Positions 1 to 9,192 of a DNA stretch of 64,000 bases are shown one piece after another. This DNA is from Burkholderiales bacterium (GTDB lineage: Bacteria > Pseudomonadota > Gammaproteobacteria > Burkholderiales > SG8-39), in assembly GCA_041617635.1 (NCBI GenBank), contig JBFJOO010000006.1, positions 18,756 to 82,755 on the forward strand, read 5' to 3'. The notes under the pieces are model-generated. The model was given only the letters and a program-made list of their open reading frames with translations, had not been told where the DNA came from and made no database searches. Both the position numbers and the translations under genes were made by a program. Each line of letters starts with the position of its first letter. Position 1 is the first letter of the stretch.

Positions 1-2
1 GG

Positions 3-713
3 CTGCTCAAGGGCAAGGGCGGCTCGATGCATCTCACGGACGTCAAGAAGGGCGCCATGGGCTCGTACGCGATCATCGGCGCCCATCTGCCGATCGCGGT
101 CGGGGCCGCGTGGTCGGCACAGTACCGTGGCACGCAGCAGGTGTCGGTCTGCTTCTTCGGCGACGGCACGACGAACATCGGCGCTTTTCACGAGGCCCTC
201 AATTTCGCCGTCGTGTGGAAGTTGCCGGTCGTTTTCGTGTGCGAGAACAATCTCTATATGGAGTACACGCCGATCAGAGAAGTGACTGCCGTCGAGCATC
301 CCGCGGCCGACCGCGCATCGGCATACGGCCTGGAATCGATCATCGTGGACGGGAATGACGCAGACGAGGTCTACCTGGTCGCCCAGGCGGCGCTCGCCAA
401 GGCGCGCAAGGGCGGCGGTCCCAGCCTCATCGAAGCGAAGACCTATCGGCACAGCGGGCACTCGCGGGCCGACCCGGCGAAATACCGCCCAGTCGGCGAG
501 CTGGAGAAGTGGATGGAGCGCGATCCGCTGAAGATCTACCGCGCGCGACTCACGAAGCTCGGCGTTTCCGCCAAGATACTGGACGACATGGAGGCGGAGA
601 CGATGCGCCAGGTCGACGCGGCGACCGATGCGGCGAAAGCGTCTCCGCCGCCGCCGATGGAACTGATCAATCGCGACGTCTGGGCGGACGGAGGTGCAGC
701 ATGGCGGAACTGA
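3..713 (+). CDS. TPP-dependent 2-oxoacid/acetoin dehydrogenase E1 alpha subunit (5'-truncated by window edge)
   Basis: Frame is open from base 3 (LLKGKGGSMH). TPP motif GDG...ENN and YRHSGHS phosphorylation-loop motif present. Confidence 0.93.
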   Translation: MLKGKGGSMHLTDVKKGAMGSYAIIGAHLPIAVGAAWSAQYRGTQQVSVCFFGDGTTNIGAFHEALNFAVVWKLPVVFVCENNLYMEYTPIREVTAVEHPAADRASAYGLESIIVDGNDADEVYLVAQAALAKARKGGGPSLIEAKTYRHSGHSRADPAKYRPVGELEKWMERDPLKIYRARLTKLGVSAKILDDMEAETMRQVDAATDAAKASPPPPMELINRDVWADGGAAWRN

Positions 714-1678
714 CCTATCGGGACGCCGTCGCCGCCGGCATCGCGCAGGAGATGCGCCGCGACGAGCGCGTCGTGTTCCTCGGCGAGGACGTCGCCGCTG
801 CGGGAGGGGTGTTCAAGACGACGGTCGGGCTCCTCGAGGAGTTCGGCCCGAAGCGGGTGCGCGACACGCCGATCTCCGAGCAGGCGATCATCGGCGCGGC
901 AATGGGAGCTGCCATGACCGGGCTGCGCCCGATCGCGGAGATCATGTTCTCGGATTTCTTCGCGGTTTGCTGGGACCTCGTCGTGAATCAGATCGCCAAG
1001 ACGCGTTACATGACCGCCGGACAGGTCACGATTCCGCTCGTGCTGCGCACCGCGAACGGCGGCGGCGTTCGGTTCGGCGCCCAGCATTCGCAGAGCGTGG
1101 AGAACTGGGCGATGGCGATCCCCGGGCTGAAGGTCGTGGCGCCGTCGAATTCCGCCGACGTCGTGGGGCTCATGGCCGCGGCGGTGCGGAGCGACGACCC
1201 GGTGATCTTCTTCGAGCACAAGTTCCTCTTCGGCAACAAGGGCAACGTGCCCGACGGCGAGCACGTCGAAGAGCTCGGCGTCGCGAAGGTGCTCCGCGAG
1301 GGCAAGGACGCCACGATCATCGCGCTCGCCGCGATGGTGCCGCGCGCGCTCGAGGCCGCGAAGACGCTCGAGACCGAGCATGGCATCTCTGCCACGGTGG
1401 TCGACGTGCGCTCGCTCGTGCCGCTCGACACCCGGACGATCCTCGAGCAGGTGGCAAAGACCGGCCGGATGTTCACGGTGGAAGAGAACCCGCGACTCTG
1501 TGGCTGGGGCGCCGAAATCGCCTCAATCGTGGCCGAGGAATGCTTCTACGACCTGGACGGGCCGATCGTACGCATCACCACGCCGCACGTGCCGTTACCC
1601 GCCGCCGACGCGCTCGAGGACGCGACGATTCCGTCCGCGGCGCGCATCGTCGAGACCGTCCGCACGTCGATGGGTTGA
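701..1678 (+). CDS. 2-oxoacid/acetoin dehydrogenase E1 beta subunit
   Basis: GEDV, DTPISEQ, QHSQ and PVIFFEHK motifs. ATG 701 follows GGAGG and overlaps the E1a stop. Confidence 0.93.
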   Translation: MAELTYRDAVAAGIAQEMRRDERVVFLGEDVAAAGGVFKTTVGLLEEFGPKRVRDTPISEQAIIGAAMGAAMTGLRPIAEIMFSDFFAVCWDLVVNQIAKTRYMTAGQVTIPLVLRTANGGGVRFGAQHSQSVENWAMAIPGLKVVAPSNSADVVGLMAAAVRSDDPVIFFEHKFLFGNKGNVPDGEHVEELGVAKVLREGKDATIIALAAMVPRALEAAKTLETEHGISATVVDVRSLVPLDTRTILEQVAKTGRMFTVEENPRLCGWGAEIASIVAEECFYDLDGPIVRITTPHVPLPAADALEDATIPSAARIVETVRTSMG

Positions 1679-1687
1679 GGAGAAGTC

Positions 1688-2965
1688 ATGGATGTCGTGA
1701 TGCCGCAGCTCGGCGAGACGGTGACCGAAGGCACCGTCGTCACCTGGCACAGGAAGACCGGCGACAAGGTGAAGGCGGACGAGCTGCTCTTCGACGTCGA
1801 GACCGACAAGGTTGCGATGGAGGTGCCGGCGCCCGCAACCGGTGTCCTGAAGGAGATTTTGGTCGCGGAAGGCGAGACCGTCTCGGTCGGGACGCGCCTC
1901 GCGGTGATCGAGGCGGTCGGCGCGGCAGCGGCGGCGGGCGCTTCGGCCGCAACCGCGGCCGCTCAACCCCCCGAGAAGCTCGCGGCAGGTGGGACGGCGG
2001 CTTCGGCCCGCCCGGAAGTCCGGGCGCGGTCCTCGGCCGACGAACCGCCGCTATCGCCGGTCGTGCGGCGCTTGCTCGCCGAGCACGATCTCGATCCGTC
2101 CGCGATCAAGGGAACCGGCCGCGGCGGGCGAATCACCCGTGAGGATGTGCTCGCGGCAGTCGATGGCGCAGCAGCGAAGCCGGCTCCGCCGGCGAAGGCT
2201 GCGCCACGCGTCGAGGCGCGGAGCGACAAAGGCGGCGGAGAGAGCAGCGGGAAGAGCGGCGAAGTCGTGCCGCTCAGCCGGATGCGCAAGCAGATCGGCG
2301 CGCACATGGTGCGTTCCAAAGCCACCAGTCCCCATGTGCTGCAGGCGGTCGAGGTCGACTTCCACGCGATCGACGCGGCGCGCGCGGCGCGCGGCAGGGC
2401 GTGGCGGGACCGGGAGGGCTTCGGGCTGACCTATCTGCCGTTCATCGCCCGTGCGGCGATGAACGCCATCGCCGAGTTTCCCCGGATCAACGCCTCGATC
2501 GACGGGGACAACCTCGTCGTGCACGCGGAGGTGCATCTCGGCATTGCGGTAGACCTCGGGTTCGAGGGATTGATGGTGCCGGTGATCCGGAATGCGCGGG
2601 GAAAATCCGTCGCCGAGCTGGCCCGGGCAATCCACGCATACGCGAACCGCGCGCGCGCGGGCTCGATTGCTCCCGACGATCTCGCGGGAGGCACGTATAC
2701 CATCTCGAACTCCGGACCGTTCGGCACGCTCATCACTGCGCCAATCATCAACCAGCCGCAGGTCGCGATCCTGTCGACCGACGGCGTGCGGAAGAAGCCG
2801 GTGGTAATCGAAAGCGCCGCGGGGGACGCGATCGCGATCCGCCCGGTGGGCGTGATCGCACAGTCCTTCGATCATCGTGCCTTCGACGGCGCGTATTCGG
2901 CGGCTTTCCTCAAGCGCCTGCGTGAGCTCATCGAAACGCGGGACTGGTCGAGCGCGGTCGATTGA
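1688..2965 (+). CDS. Dihydrolipoamide acyltransferase E2
   Basis: Lipoyl domain (VETDKV), E3-binding motif (GTGRGGRIT) and catalytic DHRAFDG. GAGGAG RBS. Confidence 0.93.
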   Translation: MDVVMPQLGETVTEGTVVTWHRKTGDKVKADELLFDVETDKVAMEVPAPATGVLKEILVAEGETVSVGTRLAVIEAVGAAAAAGASAATAAAQPPEKLAAGGTAASARPEVRARSSADEPPLSPVVRRLLAEHDLDPSAIKGTGRGGRITREDVLAAVDGAAAKPAPPAKAAPRVEARSDKGGGESSGKSGEVVPLSRMRKQIGAHMVRSKATSPHVLQAVEVDFHAIDAARAARGRAWRDREGFGLTYLPFIARAAMNAIAEFPRINASIDGDNLVVHAEVHLGIAVDLGFEGLMVPVIRNARGKSVAELARAIHAYANRARAGSIAPDDLAGGTYTISNSGPFGTLITAPIINQPQVAILSTDGVRKKPVVIESAAGDAIAIRPVGVIAQSFDHRAFDGAYSAAFLKRLRELIETRDWSSAVD

Positions 2966-3054
2966 CCGCCTGAACCGTTTTCGGCCCGGCGCTGCGCAGG
3001 CAGACACGCGCGCGGGAATGACTTGAAATCGACTGAAGAGTACAAGGGAGGCTC

Positions 3055-4077
3055 ATGATCAATGCCGCAATCGTAGGTTTGGGCTGGTGGGGCAAGACGC
3101 TCGTGGAGTCGGTCCAAGGCAGCGACGCGATCCGATTCGTCGCCGGTGCGACGCGGACCGTCACGCCGGACGTGGAGGAGTTCGCCCGGACCCAGGGCTT
3201 CACACTCCGCGGGAGCTTCGAGGAATTGCTGAAGGACCGGAAGATCAATGCGGTGGTGCTCGCCACGCCGCACTCCATGCACATTGAACAGATCATCGCA
3301 GCGGCGCGACGACGCAAGCATGTCTTCTGCGAGAAGCCGATTGCGCTGAAGAAGGCCGAGTCGGTGCGCGCCGTCAAAGCGATGCAAAAGAAGAATCTCA
3401 CGCTCGGGCTGGGGTACAACCGGCGTTTGCACCCGGCCATGACGGACCTGCGAGAGCGGGTCCGCAGTGGCGCGCTCGGCACGATCCTCCATGTGGAGGG
3501 CACGATGAGCTCACCGAACGCGCTGCTTCTGAAACCCGAGCACTGGCGCGCGAATCCCGAGGAAACGCCGTGCGGGGGACTGACGCCCATGGGCGTGCAC
3601 TTCGTCGACGCGCTGATCGACAACTTCGGCGAGATCGAGGAGGTCTACTGTGTGAGCCTCCGCCGCGCGGTCCAGATCCCGACCGACGACACGACCTCGG
3701 TCCTCTTCCGCATGAAGGATGGCATGTCGGCTTATCTCGTGACAATGATGGCGACCGGCGGCGGCTTCAGGTTGCAGGTGTATGGCTCCCAGGGCTGGAT
3801 CCGGTACGACGGTGTGACCCACGTCGCCGGCGCGTCCTCCGAGGAGCGACGCACGCGCCTGTTCGGCAGCTGCACGTTCCAGCCCGTGAAGGGGCCCGCC
3901 GAAACGTGGCAGGCGGATGCCTACGATACGTCGCGCGCCGCGCTCGAAGCGTTCGCCCGGGCCGCGGAAGGCGGGCCGCCCTATCCGGTCACGACGCAGG
4001 AGGTGATCCATGGCGCAGCGGCCACCGAGGCGATCATCAAGTCGGCTGCAGCCGGCAAGGCGAAGAAGGTAGCTTGA
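3055..4077 (+). CDS. Gfo/Idh/MocA family oxidoreductase
   Basis: IVGLGWWG Rossmann motif, HVFCEKP and GYNRR. Confidence 0.9.
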   Translation: MINAAIVGLGWWGKTLVESVQGSDAIRFVAGATRTVTPDVEEFARTQGFTLRGSFEELLKDRKINAVVLATPHSMHIEQIIAAARRRKHVFCEKPIALKKAESVRAVKAMQKKNLTLGLGYNRRLHPAMTDLRERVRSGALGTILHVEGTMSSPNALLLKPEHWRANPEETPCGGLTPMGVHFVDALIDNFGEIEEVYCVSLRRAVQIPTDDTTSVLFRMKDGMSAYLVTMMATGGGFRLQVYGSQGWIRYDGVTHVAGASSEERRTRLFGSCTFQPVKGPAETWQADAYDTSRAALEAFARAAEGGPPYPVTTQEVIHGAAATEAIIKSAAAGKAKKVA

Positions 4078-4158
4078 GCATCAGGCAAGTCGGGTGACCC
4101 AAGGCGCGGCGGCGCGAACGCCACCGGCCAACCATCCGCACACTCGAAGGGGCAGCAC

Positions 4159-5355
4159 ATGGATCTCGGCGGCAATCTCGGCCATCTGACGTACTCGACG
4201 CTCGTCCATCCCGGGGATACGTGGGACGAGATGTGGGACAGCCTCACGCGCTACGTTCCGGCAGTGAAGAAGCGCTTTTCTCCGGACAAGCGGTTCGGGG
4301 TGTCGTTGCGCCTCTCCGGGAAATCGGCGGAAACCCTCACCGCCGATCCCGACGAGCGCGCCAAGCTCAAGGAGTTCCTGGCCGCAAACGACATGTATCT
4401 CTTCACCGTCAACGCGTTCCCGCACGGCCCCTTCAAGGGCGTGCCGGTCAAGGAACTCGTCTACGAGCCCGACTGGCGCAGCGACGAGCGTGCGAACTAC
4501 ACCATGAGGGTCGCCGACATCCTTGCGGAGGTCGCCCCGGAGGGAATCGCACCATCCATCCAGAGCCCACCCTGCGGCTTCAAGCCGCGCGTGACCGGAA
4601 GCGACGTGGTGGACGCCTACACCCGGCAGGTGCTCAAGACGGTCGCGCATCTGGTGAAGCTCGAGGAGCGCACCGGTCGGCACGTGAAGCTCGCGCTCGA
4701 GCCGGAGCCAGCATGCTTCATGGAGCTCACCTCGGAGGTCGTCGATTACTTCACCAAGCACCTCTATGCGGACACTGCCGCCGCGACGCTCGCCAAGGCG
4801 ACCGGCCGCTCCCCGAAACAGGCGCACGACGCGCTGCGCCGGCATCTGGGGACGGTCTTCGACATCTGTCACCAGGCGGTCGAGTACGAGGACATCGCCG
4901 ATTCGCTGAAGTCGTTGAAGCGCGCCGGCATCCCGGTGTTCAAGCTCCAGGCGGCGGCCGCGGTCCGGATTCCGGAAGTCAATCAGGACGTCGTCAACGC
5001 GCTCAAGGCCTATGACGATCCGGTCTACCTGCATCAGACGATCGAGCACAAGGACGGCAAGACCCGGCAGTTCCTCGATCTGCCGCAGGCGTTCGAGGCG
5101 TGGGAGCGTGATCCCGGACCGCGCGAATGGCGCATTCACTTCCACGTCCCGGTGTTTCTCGAGGATCTCGGCGACTTCAAGACGACCCGTTCTGCCATCG
5201 AGGACGCGCTCAGGGTGCACAAGGCAAACCCGGTCTCGGATCAGGTCGAGATCGAGACCTATACCTGGGATGTCCTTCCCGATCACCTCAAGACCGGTGA
5301 CATCACCGATTACGTCGTGAGCGAGCTGGACTGGGTGAAGGGTGAACTGACCTAG
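4159..5355 (+). CDS. eboE: EboE-like xylose-isomerase-fold (TIM barrel) protein
   Basis: Family motifs NAFPHGPF, KELVYEPDW, LALEPEP, DICHQAVEYE, YLHQ, WRIHFHVP and EIETYTW. Confidence 0.8.
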   Translation: MDLGGNLGHLTYSTLVHPGDTWDEMWDSLTRYVPAVKKRFSPDKRFGVSLRLSGKSAETLTADPDERAKLKEFLAANDMYLFTVNAFPHGPFKGVPVKELVYEPDWRSDERANYTMRVADILAEVAPEGIAPSIQSPPCGFKPRVTGSDVVDAYTRQVLKTVAHLVKLEERTGRHVKLALEPEPACFMELTSEVVDYFTKHLYADTAAATLAKATGRSPKQAHDALRRHLGTVFDICHQAVEYEDIADSLKSLKRAGIPVFKLQAAAAVRIPEVNQDVVNALKAYDDPVYLHQTIEHKDGKTRQFLDLPQAFEAWERDPGPREWRIHFHVPVFLEDLGDFKTTRSAIEDALRVHKANPVSDQVEIETYTWDVLPDHLKTGDITDYVVSELDWVKGELT

Positions 5356-5360
5356 GCAAC

Positions 5361-5380
5361 ATCCGTACAAATCCGTACAA
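5361..5380. repeat. Perfect 10-bp tandem direct repeat (ATCCGTACAA x2)
   Basis: Read directly in the eboE / dehydrogenase intergenic region. Confidence 0.9.
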
Positions 5381-5472
5381 GTCCGCTTCCGCGGGCGTGT
5401 GCTCGGAATTAGGGGATTCGCGAGAGGGGAGATATCCCCTTTTGCAGCGTTCCCGAAACCCAGGAGCTGCAT

Positions 5473-6354
5473 ATGAAAGTTGGATTCATCGGACTGGGCC
5501 GCATGGGCCAGGGAATCGCCGGCCGCGTGGTCGGCGCGGGCCACGATCTCTGCGTTTACAACCGCACTCCGGAAAAGGCTGCGGCGCTCGGCAAGGCGGG
5601 CGCGAAGATCGTGAAATCGATCGCCAGTGCCTGCGAGGGCCGCGAGGTGGTCATCACGATGCTCGCCCACGACGAGGCGCTGGACGAGGTCACGCGCGGC
5701 GCAGGCGGGGTGCTCGCATCGCTCCCGAAGGGAGCCATCCACGTCGCGATGGGCACGCACAGCGTCGCCATGACGCGCGCGATGAGCCAGGCGCATGTCG
5801 ATGCGGGCCTGGTCTTCGTTGCCGCGCCGGTGCAGGGACGACCGGAGGTCGCCGCCACGGGACAGATCGGCATCTTTGCAGCGGGCCCCGCCGATGCCGT
5901 CGCGCGCTGTCGTCCACTGTTCGAAGTTATCGGCCGGAAAACCTACGAGGCCGGGACTGATCAGACCACCGCGGCCGCGATCAAGGTCGCGCACAACATG
6001 GTCCTCGGCTGCGCGATCGAGGCGCTCGGCGAGGGATTCGTGCTCGTGGAGAAATACGGCGTGGCGCGCCAGCTCTTCTACGAGGTGCTCACCGACGTCC
6101 TCTTCGCATGTCCCGCCTACAAGGGCTACGGCAAGATCATTGCCGACGAGGACTACGACCGCGTCGGCATCACCGCGATTCTCGGACTCAAGGACGCGAA
6201 TCTCGCGCTCGACGCCGCGGAAGCCGTCACGGTGCCACTGCCGAGCGCGAACGTTTGGCGCGAACGGCTCATCGGCGCGGTCGCGCACGGGCTCGCGGAG
6301 AAGGACCAGTCCGCCGTCGCCCACGCGCAGGCCAAGGCGAGCGGGTTGCGTTAG
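5473..6354 (+). CDS. NAD(P)-dependent oxidoreductase, 3-hydroxyisobutyrate/beta-hydroxyacid dehydrogenase family
   Basis: VGFIGLGRMG, VYNRT, APVQG and the catalytic-Lys region IKVAHN. AGGAG RBS. Confidence 0.9.
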   Translation: MKVGFIGLGRMGQGIAGRVVGAGHDLCVYNRTPEKAAALGKAGAKIVKSIASACEGREVVITMLAHDEALDEVTRGAGGVLASLPKGAIHVAMGTHSVAMTRAMSQAHVDAGLVFVAAPVQGRPEVAATGQIGIFAAGPADAVARCRPLFEVIGRKTYEAGTDQTTAAAIKVAHNMVLGCAIEALGEGFVLVEKYGVARQLFYEVLTDVLFACPAYKGYGKIIADEDYDRVGITAILGLKDANLALDAAEAVTVPLPSANVWRERLIGAVAHGLAEKDQSAVAHAQAKASGLR

Positions 6355-6367
6355 CAATTCGATTGAC

Positions 6368-6613
6368 CGTCGCTCCGATCGTGGGGCGAGCCGGCCCGGT
6401 ACGGGCTCATGGTGCCGCAAAGCGCGTCCTCGAGCGCAGGGAGGGTACGGAGGGGCCCCTCCTTCTCCATGCCGGCTCGCGGCGGCCAGTCAACACACGA
6501 CAGGCCGCGCACGAGCCACCCGCTTAACGAGGACTGCGGCACCTGGTGGGGAACGGAAGGGGCCCCCACCCTTCCTTGGCGCCCGCCCCGGGCCGGCTCG
6601 CCCCGTAGCGACG
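6368..6613. repeat. Self-complementary intergenic element with terminal inverted repeats (REPIN/MITE-like or structured RNA)
   Basis: A perfect 17-bp inverted repeat (6383-6399 / 6588-6604) is extended by CGTCGCT/AGCGACG. A nested inverted repeat (6411-6432 / 6528-6543) and internal hairpins are also present. Confidence 0.7.
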
Positions 6614-6751
6614 CCGTGCCGAGCGTTAGCCCGAAAGAGCGGTGCGCTTGCTACTGGTGCACTTTTCGGCGCATATACGACGCAGGCGTTGCTCCGGGCA
6701 TCGGCCGCTGCCCAACCTCGCACAGTGACCGCACTTCGTCGTGCAGCCTGC

Positions 6752-7528
6752 CTAGCTCGTCTTCGGCGCGAGCTGCAGATCGGCGCCACCGAGAATCATG
6801 CGGTTCCAGGTCGGGGAGACGACGATCTCGTTGACGCACATGTGCGGCGGCGCCTCGGCGAGAAACCGCACGAGGTGCCCCAGATCTTCGGGCCGCAGCA
6901 TCCGCGCGACATCCTCGGGGCGCGGCTGGACCGGGCGGACTTTCAGAATGGCCGTGGCGACTTCTCCGGGAAAGATCACGCACGCCCGGATGCCGTTCAC
7001 GCCCTCCTCGATGTTGAGGGATGCGGTCATCGCGGCCACTGCGTGCTTGGCCGCGTTGTAAGCGGGCCCGGCGAGATAGCCGTCGTAGCGTCCAAACCAC
7101 GAGGAGATGTTGATCACGAGGCCGTCGCGGCGCTCCCGCATCGCCGGCAGCGCGGCCGCGGTGCAATAGAACGAGCCATCCAGGTTCACCGTGCGGACGT
7201 AGTCCCAGCTCTCGGGAGCCATGTCGCTCCAGTGACGCTTGGGCACGTTGAGGCCGGCGGCGTTCACGAGGATATCGATGCGCCCGTGCCGTTCGAGAAT
7301 CTCGTGGGCGGCGTGCTGCACCCGCTGCCGATCGGTCACGTCGAGCGGCAACTTTTCGATCCGGCCGCCGGCTTGCGCGACCAGACGGTGCGTATCCTCG
7401 AGGGCCTCGGTGCGGCGACCCGACGCGACGACCAGGGCGCCTGCGCGGGCAAGCTCCATTGCGGCGGCTTGGCCGATGCCACTGCCCGCGCCGGTGATCC
7501 AGGCAATTTTCTCGCTCAGTGCGCTCAC
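6752..7528 (-). CDS. SDR family oxidoreductase
   Basis: ITGAGSGIG, LVNAAG and YNAAK motifs. GTG start at 7528 follows AGGAGAG. Confidence 0.92.
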   Translation of the reverse strand: MSALSEKIAWITGAGSGIGQAAAMELARAGALVVASGRRTEALEDTHRLVAQAGGRIEKLPLDVTDRQRVQHAAHEILERHGRIDILVNAAGLNVPKRHWSDMAPESWDYVRTVNLDGSFYCTAAALPAMRERRDGLVINISSWFGRYDGYLAGPAYNAAKHAVAAMTASLNIEEGVNGIRACVIFPGEVATAILKVRPVQPRPEDVARMLRPEDLGHLVRFLAEAPPHMCVNEIVVSPTWNRMILGGADLQLAPKTS

Positions 7529-7602
7529 GTCGACTCTCCTCTGGCTGAATCGAACCGTTGAATGACCGGTGATATCATCGCCCACCCTAGGGAGGAGCAC
7601 AA

Positions 7603-8007
7603 ATGACCGGAGTCGAATCCGCCTACCTCGCCGCGCGCGTGCTCTCGTGCGGAATCTGGATCGCCGCCGGCTGGTACAAGGCGAAACACTTCAACCGCAC
7701 CGTGGGCGAGATGGCCGATCACGGTATCCCGTTTCCCCGGTTCGTACTGCCATGGGTGCTGGCGCTCGAGTTCGTCGGGGCCGCGATGCTGATCTTCGAC
7801 TACTACGTCTGGGCGGCAGCGCTGGCGTGGATCGTCTTCACCATTCCGGCCAGCATCATCTACCACCTGCGCTTCATGGTGCGTGCGGGGACCATCGACT
7901 TCGTACAGTTCCTCCTGTTCTGGAAGAACGTTTCCATCACGGGCGGACTGATCGCGCTGATCCTGCTGGATACGTCGCGTCCGGCGTGGCTGTTTTCGCT
8001 CAGCTGA
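7603..8007 (+). CDS. DoxX family membrane protein
   Basis: Four hydrophobic segments, the KN(V)SITGGL DoxX signature, and a GGAGGAG RBS. Confidence 0.85.
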   Translation: MTGVESAYLAARVLSCGIWIAAGWYKAKHFNRTVGEMADHGIPFPRFVLPWVLALEFVGAAMLIFDYYVWAAALAWIVFTIPASIIYHLRFMVRAGTIDFVQFLLFWKNVSITGGLIALILLDTSRPAWLFSLS

Positions 8008-8061
8008 CGGACCACGCGACGGGAATCTCGCGCGCGGTTTGAGTTCGCGGATTGCCAAGCC

Positions 8062-9102
8062 ATGTCGTCCGAGTCGCCAGTTTCCGGATGGGTTGAGGAG
8101 AAGCGCTCGGCGCATCTTTACCGCGTGATCGCCGAGGTCGAGAAAGCCTCGGTTCGCGGCGGCCTCTTTCGCGAGCTGGCCGGCGAAGCCGAGAACCAGG
8201 CGCGCATCTGGGCGGAGCTCGCGCGGAAAGCCGGCGCGGCACTGCCGGAGTACCGACCCGACCTGCGCACCCGCATCGTCGCGCGGCTGGTGCGTCGCTA
8301 TGGGCCGCGCGCGCTGCGCGCGGTGCTTGCGGCGATGAAGGTGCGCGGCCTCTCCATCTACACCCAGCCCGTGCTCGGCCATCCGCGCCCCGTGTCGGTG
8401 GAAGAGACCGAGGCGCGGCATCGCGGTGTCCAGTCTGGCGCGAACCTGCGTGCCGCCGTGTTCGGCGTGAACGACGGCCTGATCTCCAACTGCAGTCTCA
8501 TCCTGGGAGTCGCGGGGGCCACTTCGGGCAGCACCGTCATCGTCCTGTCCGGCGTGGCCGGACTGCTGGCCGGGGCTTTCTCGATGGCCGCCGGCGAATA
8601 CGTCTCCATGCGCTCGCAGCGCGAGATGTTCGAGTACCAGATCGGGCTGGAGCGCAAGGAGCTCGCGCAGTATCCCGAGGAGGAGGCCGAAGAGCTCGCG
8701 CTGATCTACGCGGCGCGCGGGCTTCCGCGCGCCGAGGCGGTGGCGCTCGCGAAGCGCTCGATCGCGGACCCGGAGAACGCGCTCGACACGCTGGCGCGCG
8801 AGGAGCTCGGGCTCAACCCCGACGAGCTCGGCTCGCCGTGGGGCGCGGCGATCGCCTCGTTCCTCTCCTTCGCGATTGGCGCGGTCGTGCCGCTCCTGCC
8901 GTTCCTCGTGTTCGCGCGCGGCGCAGCCCTCCCCACGTCGATCGGGATAGCGGGCGCGGCGCTTTTTGGTGTGGGCGCGATCATCAGCCTGTTCACCGGC
9001 CGCAGCGCCGTGCGGGACGGGCTGCGCATGCTCGCGATCGGCGGTGCGGCGGGCGCGCTCACCTACGGATTCGGCAGCTTGCTCGGCGTAACCTTGGCGT
9101 GA
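8062..9102 (+). CDS. VIT1/CCC1 family transporter with N-terminal rubrerythrin-like segment
   Basis: LRAAVFGVNDGL, AGAFSMAAGEYVSM and REELGL motifs. N-terminal EEKRSAHLY helix. Confidence 0.9.
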   Translation: MSSESPVSGWVEEKRSAHLYRVIAEVEKASVRGGLFRELAGEAENQARIWAELARKAGAALPEYRPDLRTRIVARLVRRYGPRALRAVLAAMKVRGLSIYTQPVLGHPRPVSVEETEARHRGVQSGANLRAAVFGVNDGLISNCSLILGVAGATSGSTVIVLSGVAGLLAGAFSMAAGEYVSMRSQREMFEYQIGLERKELAQYPEEEAEELALIYAARGLPRAEAVALAKRSIADPENALDTLAREELGLNPDELGSPWGAAIASFLSFAIGAVVPLLPFLVFARGAALPTSIGIAGAALFGVGAIISLFTGRSAVRDGLRMLAIGGAAGALTYGFGSLLGVTLA

Positions 9103-9192
9103 GCGTCCGACCCGGTGCCGTCGCCGGGTTTTCCACAGACCGGCCGCTCGAAGTGCGAGAATCCGCCGCGGGAGGCGTTGCGGCGCTGGACG

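Noticed and set aside
6351-6834. Small ORFs in the 6354-6752 gap
   Set aside because: They have no RBS or domain features, and the region is better explained by nested inverted repeats.
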